Shown: one piece after another, positions 46,010-55,266 of the stretch | How positions within the stretch are numbered: position 1 is the first letter of the stretch | How the letters are laid out: every line of letters begins with the position of its first letter | Assembly: GCA_016203305.1 (NCBI GenBank) | Contig: JACQMY010000020.1 | Location: 8,003-72,002 of the forward strand | Length of the DNA stretch: 64,000 nt | Direction of reading: 5' to 3' | DNA from: Candidatus Woesearchaeota archaeon | Lineage (GTDB): Archaea; Nanobdellota; Nanobdellia; Woesearchaeales; ARS49 | Position numbers and translations under genes: made by a program | Notes under the pieces: model-generated | Told to the model about the DNA's origin: nothing | Databases searched by the model: none | What the model saw: the letters and a program-made list of their open reading frames with translations, nothing else

Positions 46010-46717
46010 CTACAACGGTAACACTCCCAGCGCTTTCCCGATCAAATAGCCAGCAATGGCAGCAGTCATGCCAACCAATGCCATCTCCAAGCCAGACTTC
46101 CAAGGAGTGGTGCCAGTATAGTTCGCCTTGATCGCACCAGAACCAAACAAAACCAATGTTGAAACTCCCAACGTTGTGACAACTGCAATAGGAATAGGCA
46201 ACAAGATAAAAGGTATCAACGGAATCAAACTGCCAATGATCGCTGCAAAACCAACAACCAACGCATCACGAACAGGATGCGCAAACTCATCCTCACTCAA
46301 TCCAAGCTCGTCTCTCATCATGGTTTGAACCCAAACTTTCTTGTTACTTGTAATCGTCTTAACAATCTGGTTCAACAAACTGCCCTTGAAACCCTTCTTT
46401 GCATACAACGCCCTGACTTCCGCAACTTCCTCAGCAGGCTTCTCACGCACTTCCTGCCATTCCATCGCCAACTGACGATCATAATACTCCTTCGATGCCT
46501 TGCTGCTAGTATATGCGACAGCAGCCATTGAAATAGATTCAGCAAATGTAGCGGCCAAGCCAGAAATCAAAATCACGCTCCTACTGTTGGTAGCTTCAGC
46601 AACAGCCAAAACAATACCCAACACGTTCACCAAGCCATCCTGGCCACCAAGAATAACATCACGAATAACAGCCGAGCCATTCCCGTGAAACTCCTTCTTA
46701 TGCAAACCTCTTTTCAT
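46010..46717 (-). CDS. VIT1/CCC1-family iron/manganese transporter
   Basis: VILGGQDGLVNVLGIVLAV, an acidic cytoplasmic helix (EEVAEVRALYAKKGF) and C-terminal TM helices. Confidence 0.7.
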   Translation of the reverse strand: MKRGLHKKEFHGNGSAVIRDVILGGQDGLVNVLGIVLAVAEATNSRSVILISGLAATFAESISMAAVAYTSSKASKEYYDRQLAMEWQEVREKPAEEVAEVRALYAKKGFKGSLLNQIVKTITSNKKVWVQTMMRDELGLSEDEFAHPVRDALVVGFAAIIGSLIPLIPFILLPIPIAVVTTLGVSTLVLFGSGAIKANYTGTTPWKSGLEMALVGMTAAIAGYLIGKALGVLPL

Positions 46718-46741
46718 TAGACAATAAAAGTAACCTGTTGT

Positions 46742-47683
46742 TTAAAAACGTTTAGCTTGCCTGTGAAGCTCGCGCATCACAGACTCACGAATAGCGCCAT
46801 CAGAAACAGAATGGCCAGCAGTCACGATGAAAAGCTTGGACTTAGGCAAAGCAACATGCAAACGATAAGCATTCTCAGCAGGGCAGACAAAATCATAACG
46901 GCCATGAACGATTGACAATGGAATATTCTTCAGCTTTCCCGCGTTCCTCAAAATGTAATTATTTGACAGAAAACAACCATTCCTGAAAAAATGAGCCTCG
47001 ATCTTAGCCAGCGCAATAACTCTCTTATCCCACAAATCCTTACTTGCCTGCTTAGGATCATACTCCAAGCGCAACAAGCTAGACTCGTACAACGCCCACT
47101 CCCGGCAATATTTCTTCATCACGCGCTTATTTTTAGAATGCATCATCCTCCAATAATAAGAAGAAGGCCGCTCACTGAAACGCTTGGGAACAACACCCAC
47201 AAACCTCTTCCAAACATCAGGAAACTGATGTTTCGGACCGCCAGTAAGCATAAAGTCATCATCAAAACCACTACCAAGATAAATGCCACGCAAAACCATG
47301 CCGAGAACTGTTTTCGAGTATTTTATCGCGTAACACAACGACAAACAACTCCCCCAAGACCCACCAAACAAAAAAGTTTTCTCAATCTTCAAAAACCTCA
47401 AAAAATCACGCAAATCCTTCACAAGCTTTTGCGTCGTATTGCCCCTCAAACCAGCAAAAGGCCTGCTCTTGCCAGCACCCCTCTGATCAATAGTCAAAAT
47501 GTTGAACTTTTTCGGATTAAAATGACGATGAGCGCTCTCACTACAGCCAGCACCAGGACCACCATGCACGAACAAAACAGGAACACCTCTTGGGTTGCCG
47601 TACAACGCGTAAAATAATTCATGACAGTCAGACACCTTGAAAAAGCCCTTACGATATGGTTTACGAGACGGGAAAAGTTTCAT
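46742..47683 (-). CDS. pip: Proline iminopeptidase (S33 alpha/beta hydrolase)
   Basis: VLFVHGGPGAG, the nucleophile elbow GGSWGS, and the overall length. Confidence 0.8.
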   Translation of the reverse strand: MKLFPSRKPYRKGFFKVSDCHELFYALYGNPRGVPVLFVHGGPGAGCSESAHRHFNPKKFNILTIDQRGAGKSRPFAGLRGNTTQKLVKDLRDFLRFLKIEKTFLFGGSWGSCLSLCYAIKYSKTVLGMVLRGIYLGSGFDDDFMLTGGPKHQFPDVWKRFVGVVPKRFSERPSSYYWRMMHSKNKRVMKKYCREWALYESSLLRLEYDPKQASKDLWDKRVIALAKIEAHFFRNGCFLSNNYILRNAGKLKNIPLSIVHGRYDFVCPAENAYRLHVALPKSKLFIVTAGHSVSDGAIRESVMRELHRQAKRF

Positions 47684-47719
47684 ACACCAGAGAAATAGCG
47701 CATCGCTTAATAATTCTTG

Positions 47720-47950
47720 TCAAAACAAGTTAACAAATTCCTCCTTTGTAAACCCTGACTGGCGGATGATGCTCAGCAAGGTGCCGGGTGCGAGTTCATC
47801 ATTTCCGTGCAGTGGAACAGACACCAATCTTTTCTCCCCTCTTACCAATCCCAAAAGCTGCACGTGAGAACCGCGCTGATTCCTAACGATAAAACCTTGC
47901 TTAAGAAGTTCCTTTAACACTTCCTTGCCAGTTAGTCTCGGCAGCTTCAC
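47720..47950 (-). CDS. hicA: HicA-family mRNA interferase toxin
   Basis: LTGKEVLKELLKQGFIVRNQRGSHVQL is the YcfA/HicA fold signature. Confidence 0.75.
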   Translation of the reverse strand: MKLPRLTGKEVLKELLKQGFIVRNQRGSHVQLLGLVRGEKRLVSVPLHGNDELAPGTLLSIIRQSGFTKEEFVNLF

Positions 47951-48189
47951 TCAGCAGGAAGCGGAACAGACAAATAGGTCACGCGTGCCTTGCGAAACAA
48001 TTCAGGAAGCATTCCTTCCTCGCGCGCAACAAACAAATGACCTTCGACTGCCTCTTTCAAGTTTTTCCGCGCCTCGGAAGGAGTCCTGCCCTGGCTTGCT
48101 ACATCAATCTCTGGGCAGATCGCGGAATAAAATTTTCCTTCCTTCCGAACAATGCACGTTAACTTCAACAGTCGCGTCATCACTTCCAA
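47947..48189 (-). CDS. hicB: HicB-family antitoxin (UPF0150)
   Basis: YSAICPEIDVASQGRTPSEARKNLKEAVE is HicB-like. It overlaps hicA by 4 nt. Confidence 0.7.
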   Translation of the reverse strand: MEVMTRLLKLTCIVRKEGKFYSAICPEIDVASQGRTPSEARKNLKEAVEGHLFVAREEGMLPELFRKARVTYLSVPLPAE

Positions 48190-48302
48190 TCACCACTCCT
48201 ATCTATAAAAACTTTGCTTAATTACCCATCGAGACGAAAACCAGAGGGTTTATACCTTTGGCTGGAATCCTTTTTATTCATGCTGGAAGAAATATGGAGA
48301 CT

Positions 48303-50861
48303 TTACGGCATAGGCACTGCTTTCGCAAGCTTTGGAGTGTAAAATCTCAAAATCAAACTGTTGCTAACCACGCTCACGCTGCTTAACGCCATTGCAACAC
48401 CGGCAAGCACAGGATTCAACAAATGGCCGGTTATGGGATAAATCGCGCCAGCAGCAACAGGAATTAAAATGATATTGTAAGCAAAAGCCCAGAACAAGTT
48501 CTGCTTGATCTTCCGCATGGTACGAGCACTCAACTGCATGGCTGTTACAACATCACGCACGTCATTCTTAACCAAAACTATGTTTCCAGCCTCGATTGCG
48601 ATATCAGTACCAGAACCAATAGCAATTCCAACATCCGCCTGTGTCAATGCAGGGGCATCATTAATACCATCACCAACCATGGCAACCTTGAACTTTGCCT
48701 GCAACTCCTTAATTTTCTCAGCCTTCTGGCCAGGAAGCACCCCAGCCAACACGTTATCAATACCAGCTTCCTGCGCAATAGCTCTCGCAGTACGCTCGTT
48801 ATCACCAGTAATAAGGTAAACCTTTTTGCCCAAAGAATGCAACTCCTGAACAGCCTCCTTTGCAAATGGCTTAAGTTCGTCACGCACAGCAATCAAGCCA
48901 AGCACTTGCTTAGCGGTAGCCACAAACACCACTGTTTTTCCTTGACCCTCCAACTCAACTGCCTTCTGCTCGAAAGCAGCAACATCAATCTTCTTGCCCT
49001 CCAACAAAGCACGATTGCCAAGGAATAGCTGCTTGCCACCATACTTGGCAGACACGCCCTTGCCAGTTATAGACTCAAAATGAGATGCTTCAGGAACAGA
49101 CAACTTCCTCTCCTTCGCAGCACGCACAACAGCCTCAGCCAACGGATGCTCACTGCGCTTTTCCAAAATAGCAGCAACCTGCAACACTGCATCAGGCCTT
49201 GCCTTGCCAACAGGAATAACATCAGTGACCTCAGGTTTGCCCTTAGTCAACGTACCAGTCTTATCAAACACTATAATCTTCAAATCCCTTGCCTTCTGCA
49301 AAGACTCAGCATCCTTAAACAAAACACCATGCTCGGCAGCCTTGCCAGTCCCAACCATTATGGCAGTTGGCGTAGCCAAACCAAGAGCACACGGACACGC
49401 GATGATAAGAACAGCAATGAAAGTTGTCAAACCCATACTCGTCGCTCCAAACGCCCACCAAGAAGCAAAACTCGCAACAGCAATCAACATGACAGCAGGA
49501 ACAAAATAAAACGAAATCTTATCAGCAAGCTCTTGAATAGGTGCCTTGCTGCCTTGAGCTTCCTCAACCATTCGAATTATCTGAGCAAGCAAAGTATCAG
49601 CACCGATCTTTGACGCTTTAAAAGTAAAAGTTCCCGTAGCATTAACAGTGCCACCAATAACCTTGCTGCTTATCGTTTTTTCAACAGGAATACTCTCACC
49701 AGAAATCATGCTCTCATCAACACTAGAATGGCCTGATGTCACAACGCCATCAACAGGAACACGCTGGCCAGGCTTCACAACAACAACATCACCAATCTTC
49801 ACATCATCAATAGAAATTTCAACCTCATCCTTGCCCCTCAAAACAATAGCGGTCTTAGCCTGCAATTTGAGCAACTTTTTGATAGCCTCAGAAGTCTTGC
49901 CCTTAGCAATAGCCTCCAACATCTTACCCAACATTATGAAAGCAACAATAAGTCCGGCAATCTCAAAATACAACAACTCAGTCGTATAACCTGTGCCAGC
50001 AAATAACATCACCGCAACAAACAAACTATACACGTACGCTGCACCGGTTCCAATCGCGACCAAGGAATCCATATTAGGCAGACGATTAAACAAAGCCCTA
50101 AAACCCTTGGTGTAGAACTCGCTACCAGCAAGCACAATAGGAGTTGCCAACACGAATTGCAACAAAGCATTCACGCGATCAGACAACATCGGCAAAGGCA
50201 AACCAGCCATGTGACCCATAGCCAGGTACAAAAGCGGAATGCCAAAAATTGCAGCAATCAAAACACGCAGTTTCCAATGACGAACTTCGGCTTCCCTGGC
50301 CTCACGCTCGCCATCAGCCAATGAAGCGTCATAGCCAGCGTTTTTAACAGCGAGAATTAACTTATCAGCACTAACAGTGCCTGTAACAAAAGCCTTGTTA
50401 GAAGCAAGATTAACCTTAACACCAGAAACACCCTCAACCTTCAACAAACTCTGTTCAACAATATTAGCACAATGCTGGCTCTCCATACCAGAAATTCCAA
50501 GAGTAACTTTCCCACCAGCAACTGCCTCATGAACCTCAGTCTCGTAACCAGTCTTCTTAATAGCGTCCTTCAACACCTGCTCAGAAACCATTGCAGGATC
50601 ATAGTCAACAAAAGCCTTGCCAGAAGCAAAGTTAACAACAGCAGACTTAACACCACCAACACCCTTCAACACGCTCTCAATCTTCAAAACACAACTCGCA
50701 CAACGCATGCCGGAAATCGGAATAACGCTTTTCGTTGTCTTTTTTTCAAACTGCTCCTTACAATTCAAACTGCAAAAGTAAAAAGTCTCGCCACTCTTTT
50801 TTATTGAGAACTTGGCAGTAATAGGACTAACATCCATGCCACAAGAAGGGTCCTTTACCAT
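48303..50861 (-). CDS. copA: Copper-translocating P1B-type ATPase with an N-terminal TRASH/YHS domain and two HMA domains
   Basis: CGMDVSP....FYFCSLNCKEQF (TRASH), GMRCASC and GMESQHCANI (HMA), CPCALGLATP, DKTGTLT and GDGINDAP. Confidence 0.9.
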   Translation of the reverse strand: MVKDPSCGMDVSPITAKFSIKKSGETFYFCSLNCKEQFEKKTTKSVIPISGMRCASCVLKIESVLKGVGGVKSAVVNFASGKAFVDYDPAMVSEQVLKDAIKKTGYETEVHEAVAGGKVTLGISGMESQHCANIVEQSLLKVEGVSGVKVNLASNKAFVTGTVSADKLILAVKNAGYDASLADGEREAREAEVRHWKLRVLIAAIFGIPLLYLAMGHMAGLPLPMLSDRVNALLQFVLATPIVLAGSEFYTKGFRALFNRLPNMDSLVAIGTGAAYVYSLFVAVMLFAGTGYTTELLYFEIAGLIVAFIMLGKMLEAIAKGKTSEAIKKLLKLQAKTAIVLRGKDEVEISIDDVKIGDVVVVKPGQRVPVDGVVTSGHSSVDESMISGESIPVEKTISSKVIGGTVNATGTFTFKASKIGADTLLAQIIRMVEEAQGSKAPIQELADKISFYFVPAVMLIAVASFASWWAFGATSMGLTTFIAVLIIACPCALGLATPTAIMVGTGKAAEHGVLFKDAESLQKARDLKIIVFDKTGTLTKGKPEVTDVIPVGKARPDAVLQVAAILEKRSEHPLAEAVVRAAKERKLSVPEASHFESITGKGVSAKYGGKQLFLGNRALLEGKKIDVAAFEQKAVELEGQGKTVVFVATAKQVLGLIAVRDELKPFAKEAVQELHSLGKKVYLITGDNERTARAIAQEAGIDNVLAGVLPGQKAEKIKELQAKFKVAMVGDGINDAPALTQADVGIAIGSGTDIAIEAGNIVLVKNDVRDVVTAMQLSARTMRKIKQNLFWAFAYNIILIPVAAGAIYPITGHLLNPVLAGVAMALSSVSVVSNSLILRFYTPKLAKAVPMP

Positions 50862-50897
50862 AATTGTAACGGTTGGCGGTCAAGCTATTTAAACATT

Positions 50898-51920
50898 ATG
50901 AAGAACATTCACGCAGCCTTACGCAAAACACGACAAGCATGCAGAACGATTAATCCATACACACCTATTATAAATCAGAAATTCTTCCTCTGCCACATGT
51001 ACCAAGAGGTGATAGTATTTCTAGTAGGCTGCATAGTATTAGTCAAAAGCTCAGACTACGCAGTAAGGTCAATAGCGCACATCGCAAGATCATTGCGGAT
51101 GACAGAATTCGTAACAAGCTTTATCATGGTAGCGCTGGTGTCAGCACTGCCAGAAACATTCATCAGCATAATAGCGGCAATCAAAGGAGACCCGAGCATA
51201 GGAATAGGAACCCTGCTTGGAAGCAACATAGCAGACCTAACGCTCATCCTTGGATTGGTCGCCCTCGCAGGACACCCGCTAACAGTCCATAGCAGCATAA
51301 TCAAAAAAGACATGTATTTTGTCGGACTAACAACACTGCCAATCATACTCGGACTAGACGGAACACTTGGAAGAATAGACGCGGCAATACTACTCATCAG
51401 CGGAATAACATTCATGATAGTCCTCCTATCAGAAAGAGAATACTTCCACAAATCATACAAAGACGGCAACCACTTTATCAAAAACACCCTAATATTCATA
51501 CTCAGCGCAGCACTAATGCTTGCAGCAGCAACAGCAATCGTAACCAGCAGCCACACACTCGCCATCAACATAGGAATACCCGCAATGATAATCGGACTAG
51601 TGCTAATCGCACTAGGAACAACACTCCCAGAATTCACATTCTCACTACAAAGCATCAGAAAAGGACATTCCTCACTCGCAATTGGAGACCTGCTAGGAGT
51701 AGTAGTAGTTGACGCGACAATCATAACAGGAATAACAGCACTAATCCAACCAGTAACGCTCAACCTATTCCTACTATCAATAGTAGGAGTCTTCACAGCA
51801 ATAGCAGCAGTATTCGCACTAATGTTTATGAGAACAGACGAAACAATAAACAAAAACGAAGCCATAACACTCATATTATTCTACATTGCATTTGTAGTTG
51901 TACAAGTGTTTTTAGCGTAG
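50898..51920 (+). CDS. Na+/Ca2+ exchanger (CaCA family, YrbG-like)
   Basis: Two alpha-repeat motifs: GSNIADLTLILG and GDLLGVVVVDATIITG. The alternative start MYQEV is at 50997. Confidence 0.75.
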   Translation: MKNIHAALRKTRQACRTINPYTPIINQKFFLCHMYQEVIVFLVGCIVLVKSSDYAVRSIAHIARSLRMTEFVTSFIMVALVSALPETFISIIAAIKGDPSIGIGTLLGSNIADLTLILGLVALAGHPLTVHSSIIKKDMYFVGLTTLPIILGLDGTLGRIDAAILLISGITFMIVLLSEREYFHKSYKDGNHFIKNTLIFILSAALMLAAATAIVTSSHTLAINIGIPAMIIGLVLIALGTTLPEFTFSLQSIRKGHSSLAIGDLLGVVVVDATIITGITALIQPVTLNLFLLSIVGVFTAIAAVFALMFMRTDETINKNEAITLILFYIAFVVVQVFLA

Positions 51921-51998
51921 ACGAAGGACGTAGGCTGTAGGACGAAGGCGATTGGCTGTTGGCTTTTAGCTATTAGGATGAAGGATGAAGATCGTTAT
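51916..51998 (+). repeat. Heptamer tract 3' of the exchanger gene
   Basis: gtagacgaaggacgtaggctgtaggacgaaggcgattggctgttggcttttagctattaggatgaaggatgaag. Confidence 0.75.
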
Positions 51999-52074
51999 TC
52001 GACGTTCGTAATACGTCACTATAGTAGTATTGTACTTGAACAATATTTATATCACACACGGAAATGTTCAACAG

Positions 52075-52127
52075 AGAGGCATCGCCACTTCGTGGCGGGT
52101 CTCATTCTTGAGCCAAAAATGAGGTGA
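52075..52127 (+). promoter_or_regulatory. Conserved structured 5' leader, copy 2
   Basis: agaggcatcgccacttcgtggcgggtctcattcttgagccaaaaatgaggtga differs from copy 1 at only 2 positions. TATTTATAT lies ~30 nt upstream and the ATG at 52132 lies 5 nt downstream. Confidence 0.5.
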
Positions 52128-52131
52128 ACAC

Positions 52132-52443
52132 ATGAGCGAAAAAATTGCGATAATGATATTAGGCATTGTAGCACTAATAGGAAGCATAGGACTTGTAGCA
52201 ATGCTTACAGGAACATCAACAGGAGCCATGGCATCATCAGCCAGAATGGATTCAAAAATCGCAGAATGCATGAAATTGCTTGAACAGATCGGAAACCAGC
52301 CAGTCCCAAGCGTGGAAGCAGGATTGCCTTGCCAAAAACAACCAAACGGATACTGCGACCCAAGCGATGACTGCCAAGTAGGAATCCGATACGGCAAATG
52401 CGACAAAAACTGCAATTGCGTGCTAACAAAAGCAAAAGCATAA
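52132..52443 (+). CDS. Small secreted Cys-rich protein (103 aa)
   Basis: An N-terminal TM/signal segment, then LPCQKQPNGYCDPSDDCQVGIRYGKCDKNCNC. Confidence 0.5.
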   Translation: MSEKIAIMILGIVALIGSIGLVAMLTGTSTGAMASSARMDSKIAECMKLLEQIGNQPVPSVEAGLPCQKQPNGYCDPSDDCQVGIRYGKCDKNCNCVLTKAKA

Positions 52444-52626
52444 GTTTTGAATTTTTTAGTTTTTTTAACTTATAGCGCCGGACATAAATAATCATATCAA
52501 ACTTATGTCCGGCGAATATAACAACGGACAAAAATGATCAATCATTTAGGTCCGTTGCTATATGCAACAAAATTATTTCTAACGTGAGATATCTTTAAAT
52601 ACAGTCATTTTGCTCATTCTCCATAC

Positions 52627-52712
52627 GGCGCCGTAGCAAAGCCTGGCCAAATGCGGAGGACTTAAGATCCTCTCCCTTAGTGGGTTCGCAGGTTCAAATC
52701 CTGCCGGCGCCA
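52627..52712 (+). tRNA. tRNA-Leu (anticodon TAA) with a long variable arm
   Basis: GGCGCCG/CGGCGCC acceptor stem, U8, anticodon loop CTTAAGA, variable arm TCCCTTAGTGGGTTC, T-loop TTCAAAT, discriminator A. Confidence 0.85.
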
Positions 52713-52716
52713 CTTA

Positions 52717-53028
52717 ATGAAAATCCTTTTCATCTGCAACCAAAACAAGCATCGAAGCAAGACAGCAGAAATTCTATCTCGTAATCAACACGAAACAAGA
52801 TCAGCAGGACTATACAACGAAACACCTGTCACACCATCACAACTTGAATGGGCAGAACTTGTCATTGTCATGGAAGAAGAACAACGCATGGAACTAATGA
52901 AGCGCTTTCCTAAAAATGTCATGCAAAAACGAATAGTCTGTTTGAATATTGATGACACTTATTCCTACGGACAACCTGCATTAATTGAACAATTGCAATG
53001 CAAAATGGATGAATATTATTGTGAGTGA
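52717..53028 (+). CDS. Small LMW-PTP/ArsC-like protein with a C-x5-R-S P-loop
   Basis: ILFICNQNKHRSKTAE is a CX5R(S/T) motif at the expected N-terminal position. At 103 aa it is shorter than canonical LMW-PTPs. It starts 4 nt after the tRNA-Leu 3' end. Confidence 0.4.
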   Translation: MKILFICNQNKHRSKTAEILSRNQHETRSAGLYNETPVTPSQLEWAELVIVMEEEQRMELMKRFPKNVMQKRIVCLNIDDTYSYGQPALIEQLQCKMDEYYCE

Positions 53029-53088
53029 CCATCATTCAATAATTCGGCCTTAGTTACTCTTAAATATATCCAAACATTCAGCCAGCCC

Positions 53089-55266
53089 ATGAAAAGAGCA
53101 GTGATACTCGTGCTTCTTATAGTAATTCCGGCAGTTATCGCCTACGAGTGCCCGCCAGGAACGGTGTGGAGCAGAGGAGTCATTGGTTGCGTTCAAGAAA
53201 AATGCCCGCCAGGATCAGGAAGACTCTACAGCGAAGCATGCTCGTGCTGGACCTCAGAATGGGGAGGAACGCCAAAAGTCACGTGTTCTGAAAATGGACT
53301 AGCAACGCACTGCCTGCCAGAAGGAGGAAAGTGCGAAGAAAACCCATCGCCCTGGGACCCAATAACAGGCCAGTGCAAATCAGGATACACGCTAAACGCA
53401 GACAAAACATCCTGCGTGGCAGGAACATCAGGAACAACAGATGGCGGATCTAGCACGCCATCGCCACCAAGCTCACAAACAACACCAGATGAAACCGGGA
53501 CTTCAGGCACTTCACCCCCGCCAGCACAAACAGAAGAACAATACTGCGCAAGCAGGCCAAACATGCAATACGTCAACGGCAAGTGCACGTGCGCCACAGG
53601 ATACCTTCAGGATTTACAAAGAAAAGGCTGCGTAACACCAGAACAACTAGAAGCACAATGCGACTTCATACTTGATGCTCGTTATGACCCAGCAACAAAA
53701 AAATGCGTGTGCGAAAACCCCAAAGAATACCCCAGCGGATATTCATGGGTGTGCGAAAATGCACAAACCTTCGGAGACCAAGTATGCAACAACCGTTACA
53801 TGGGAGCAGTATACTCGGCAACAGACAAAAAATGCACTTGCCCTCCAGGAACAACCACTTCGCCAGACAAAAAATCCTGCACCAAACCAGGAGCAATCGG
53901 AGCAGCGTGCAGCGACACAAAACCCTGCCCGAACACAAACTACGCGTGCGTTGACGGAACATGCGCGTGCTCCAGTGGATACCGCGCAAGCGTAGATGGA
54001 AAAAGTTGCGTAACACAAGAAGAATACGGCAATGAAGCATGCCCCCAACGATATCCAGGATCTGTTTACGATGCAGCAAACAAAAAATGTTCATGTCCAG
54101 CCGGAACAACAAAATCACCAGACGGGAAATCCTGCATAAAAAGCACAGCAGCAGGAGCAGCTTGTGACACGAATTCAAATTGTACTCAAACAACAAGCTG
54201 CGATCCAACAAGCAAAACATGCAAAGAAGTCCCATGCGAATGCGGCGAAGTAAAAGACCACAAATGCGAAGCATACGCGTGCTGCGATGACACAAAGTGC
54301 GCAAATGACGAAAAATGCGACACAACAGACCACAAATGCACAAAAGTAGATTGTCCAACAGGAACAATCAGAAACCACGAGTGCAACCCAGGAGACTGCG
54401 ACAATGACAACAACAAATGTCCGGACGATAAAAAATGCGAAGCAAATACCTGCACGTCAATAACTTGCGATTGCGGCAAAATAGAAAACCACGCGTGCAC
54501 GCCATACGAGTGCTGCCAAGACACACAATGCACCACGCCAGACACTGCATGCGACACTAACGAACACAAATGCAAACCAGTTGAAGTATGCAAGCACGTA
54601 CTCAACAGCGGAGACTCCACAAAGTTTGACCTAGTATTCGTACCAGACAAGTACACAGCAGCGCAAAAAGGCACGTTCGAATCAGACGTGCGCAAAATCT
54701 ACGACAAGTTAATAGACATGGAACCATTCAAGTCAAACAGAAACAAAATAAACGTGCACAGAGTAGAAAAGTTCGACCAAAACTTAAACTGCAACTACCA
54801 ACAAGCACCCCTGGACCCAGCAGAACGAGAACAATGGAGACTATTAGTCTGCGACGCAGGAAAAGCAACAACGCTCGCCTCAAAATGCCCAGCCGACAAC
54901 GTAATGGTCGTAGTTAATTCAGCACAATACGGCGGATCAGGAGGAAGCGTAGCAGTATCGTACAACGGCGACGTAGCAATAGGAGTCCTCGTCCACGAAC
55001 TCGGCCACATGCTAGGACTAGATGACGAATACTCCTACGGCACAAACGCGGCAGCAGGCAAAAGCCCACGCGCAAACTGTGACTCAAGCAACACGTGCAC
55101 CAAATGGAATGCTGTAGCGGGAACCAGTTGCAACCAAAAATGCAGCTACGAAAACTGGTACCGCTCAACACCAGGAGGAGACATTATGCTGGACAATACA
55201 AACAACCTCTTCTTTAGAACAGTATCACAAAACCACATCAAAACAATACTCGCGGGGTACAGATGA
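53089..55266 (+). CDS. Large secreted Cys-rich repeat protein with a C-terminal M64 (IgA-peptidase-like) zinc metallopeptidase domain
   Basis: Signal peptide. Many repeats of the type KKC.CP.GTT.SPD.KSC. C-terminal VVVNSAQYGGSGGSVAVSYNGDVAIGVLVHELGHMLGLDDEY resembles the M64 HExxH...DEY block. Confidence 0.55.
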   Translation: MKRAVILVLLIVIPAVIAYECPPGTVWSRGVIGCVQEKCPPGSGRLYSEACSCWTSEWGGTPKVTCSENGLATHCLPEGGKCEENPSPWDPITGQCKSGYTLNADKTSCVAGTSGTTDGGSSTPSPPSSQTTPDETGTSGTSPPPAQTEEQYCASRPNMQYVNGKCTCATGYLQDLQRKGCVTPEQLEAQCDFILDARYDPATKKCVCENPKEYPSGYSWVCENAQTFGDQVCNNRYMGAVYSATDKKCTCPPGTTTSPDKKSCTKPGAIGAACSDTKPCPNTNYACVDGTCACSSGYRASVDGKSCVTQEEYGNEACPQRYPGSVYDAANKKCSCPAGTTKSPDGKSCIKSTAAGAACDTNSNCTQTTSCDPTSKTCKEVPCECGEVKDHKCEAYACCDDTKCANDEKCDTTDHKCTKVDCPTGTIRNHECNPGDCDNDNNKCPDDKKCEANTCTSITCDCGKIENHACTPYECCQDTQCTTPDTACDTNEHKCKPVEVCKHVLNSGDSTKFDLVFVPDKYTAAQKGTFESDVRKIYDKLIDMEPFKSNRNKINVHRVEKFDQNLNCNYQQAPLDPAEREQWRLLVCDAGKATTLASKCPADNVMVVVNSAQYGGSGGSVAVSYNGDVAIGVLVHELGHMLGLDDEYSYGTNAAAGKSPRANCDSSNTCTKWNAVAGTSCNQKCSYENWYRSTPGGDIMLDNTNNLFFRTVSQNHIKTILAGYR

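Noticed and set aside
50898-50996. N-terminal 33 codons of the Na/Ca exchanger ORF (MKNIHAALRKTRQACRTINPYTPIINQKFFLCH)
   Set aside because: The basic, non-hydrophobic extension precedes the first TM helix and a second in-frame ATG at 50997. The shorter form is at least as likely, and either is acceptable without expression data.
53666-54695. Several 100-230 aa minus-strand ORFs (Leu/Cys/Arg-rich)
   Set aside because: All lie antisense within the 2.2-kb M64/Cys-repeat gene. They are artefacts of its repetitive codon content.
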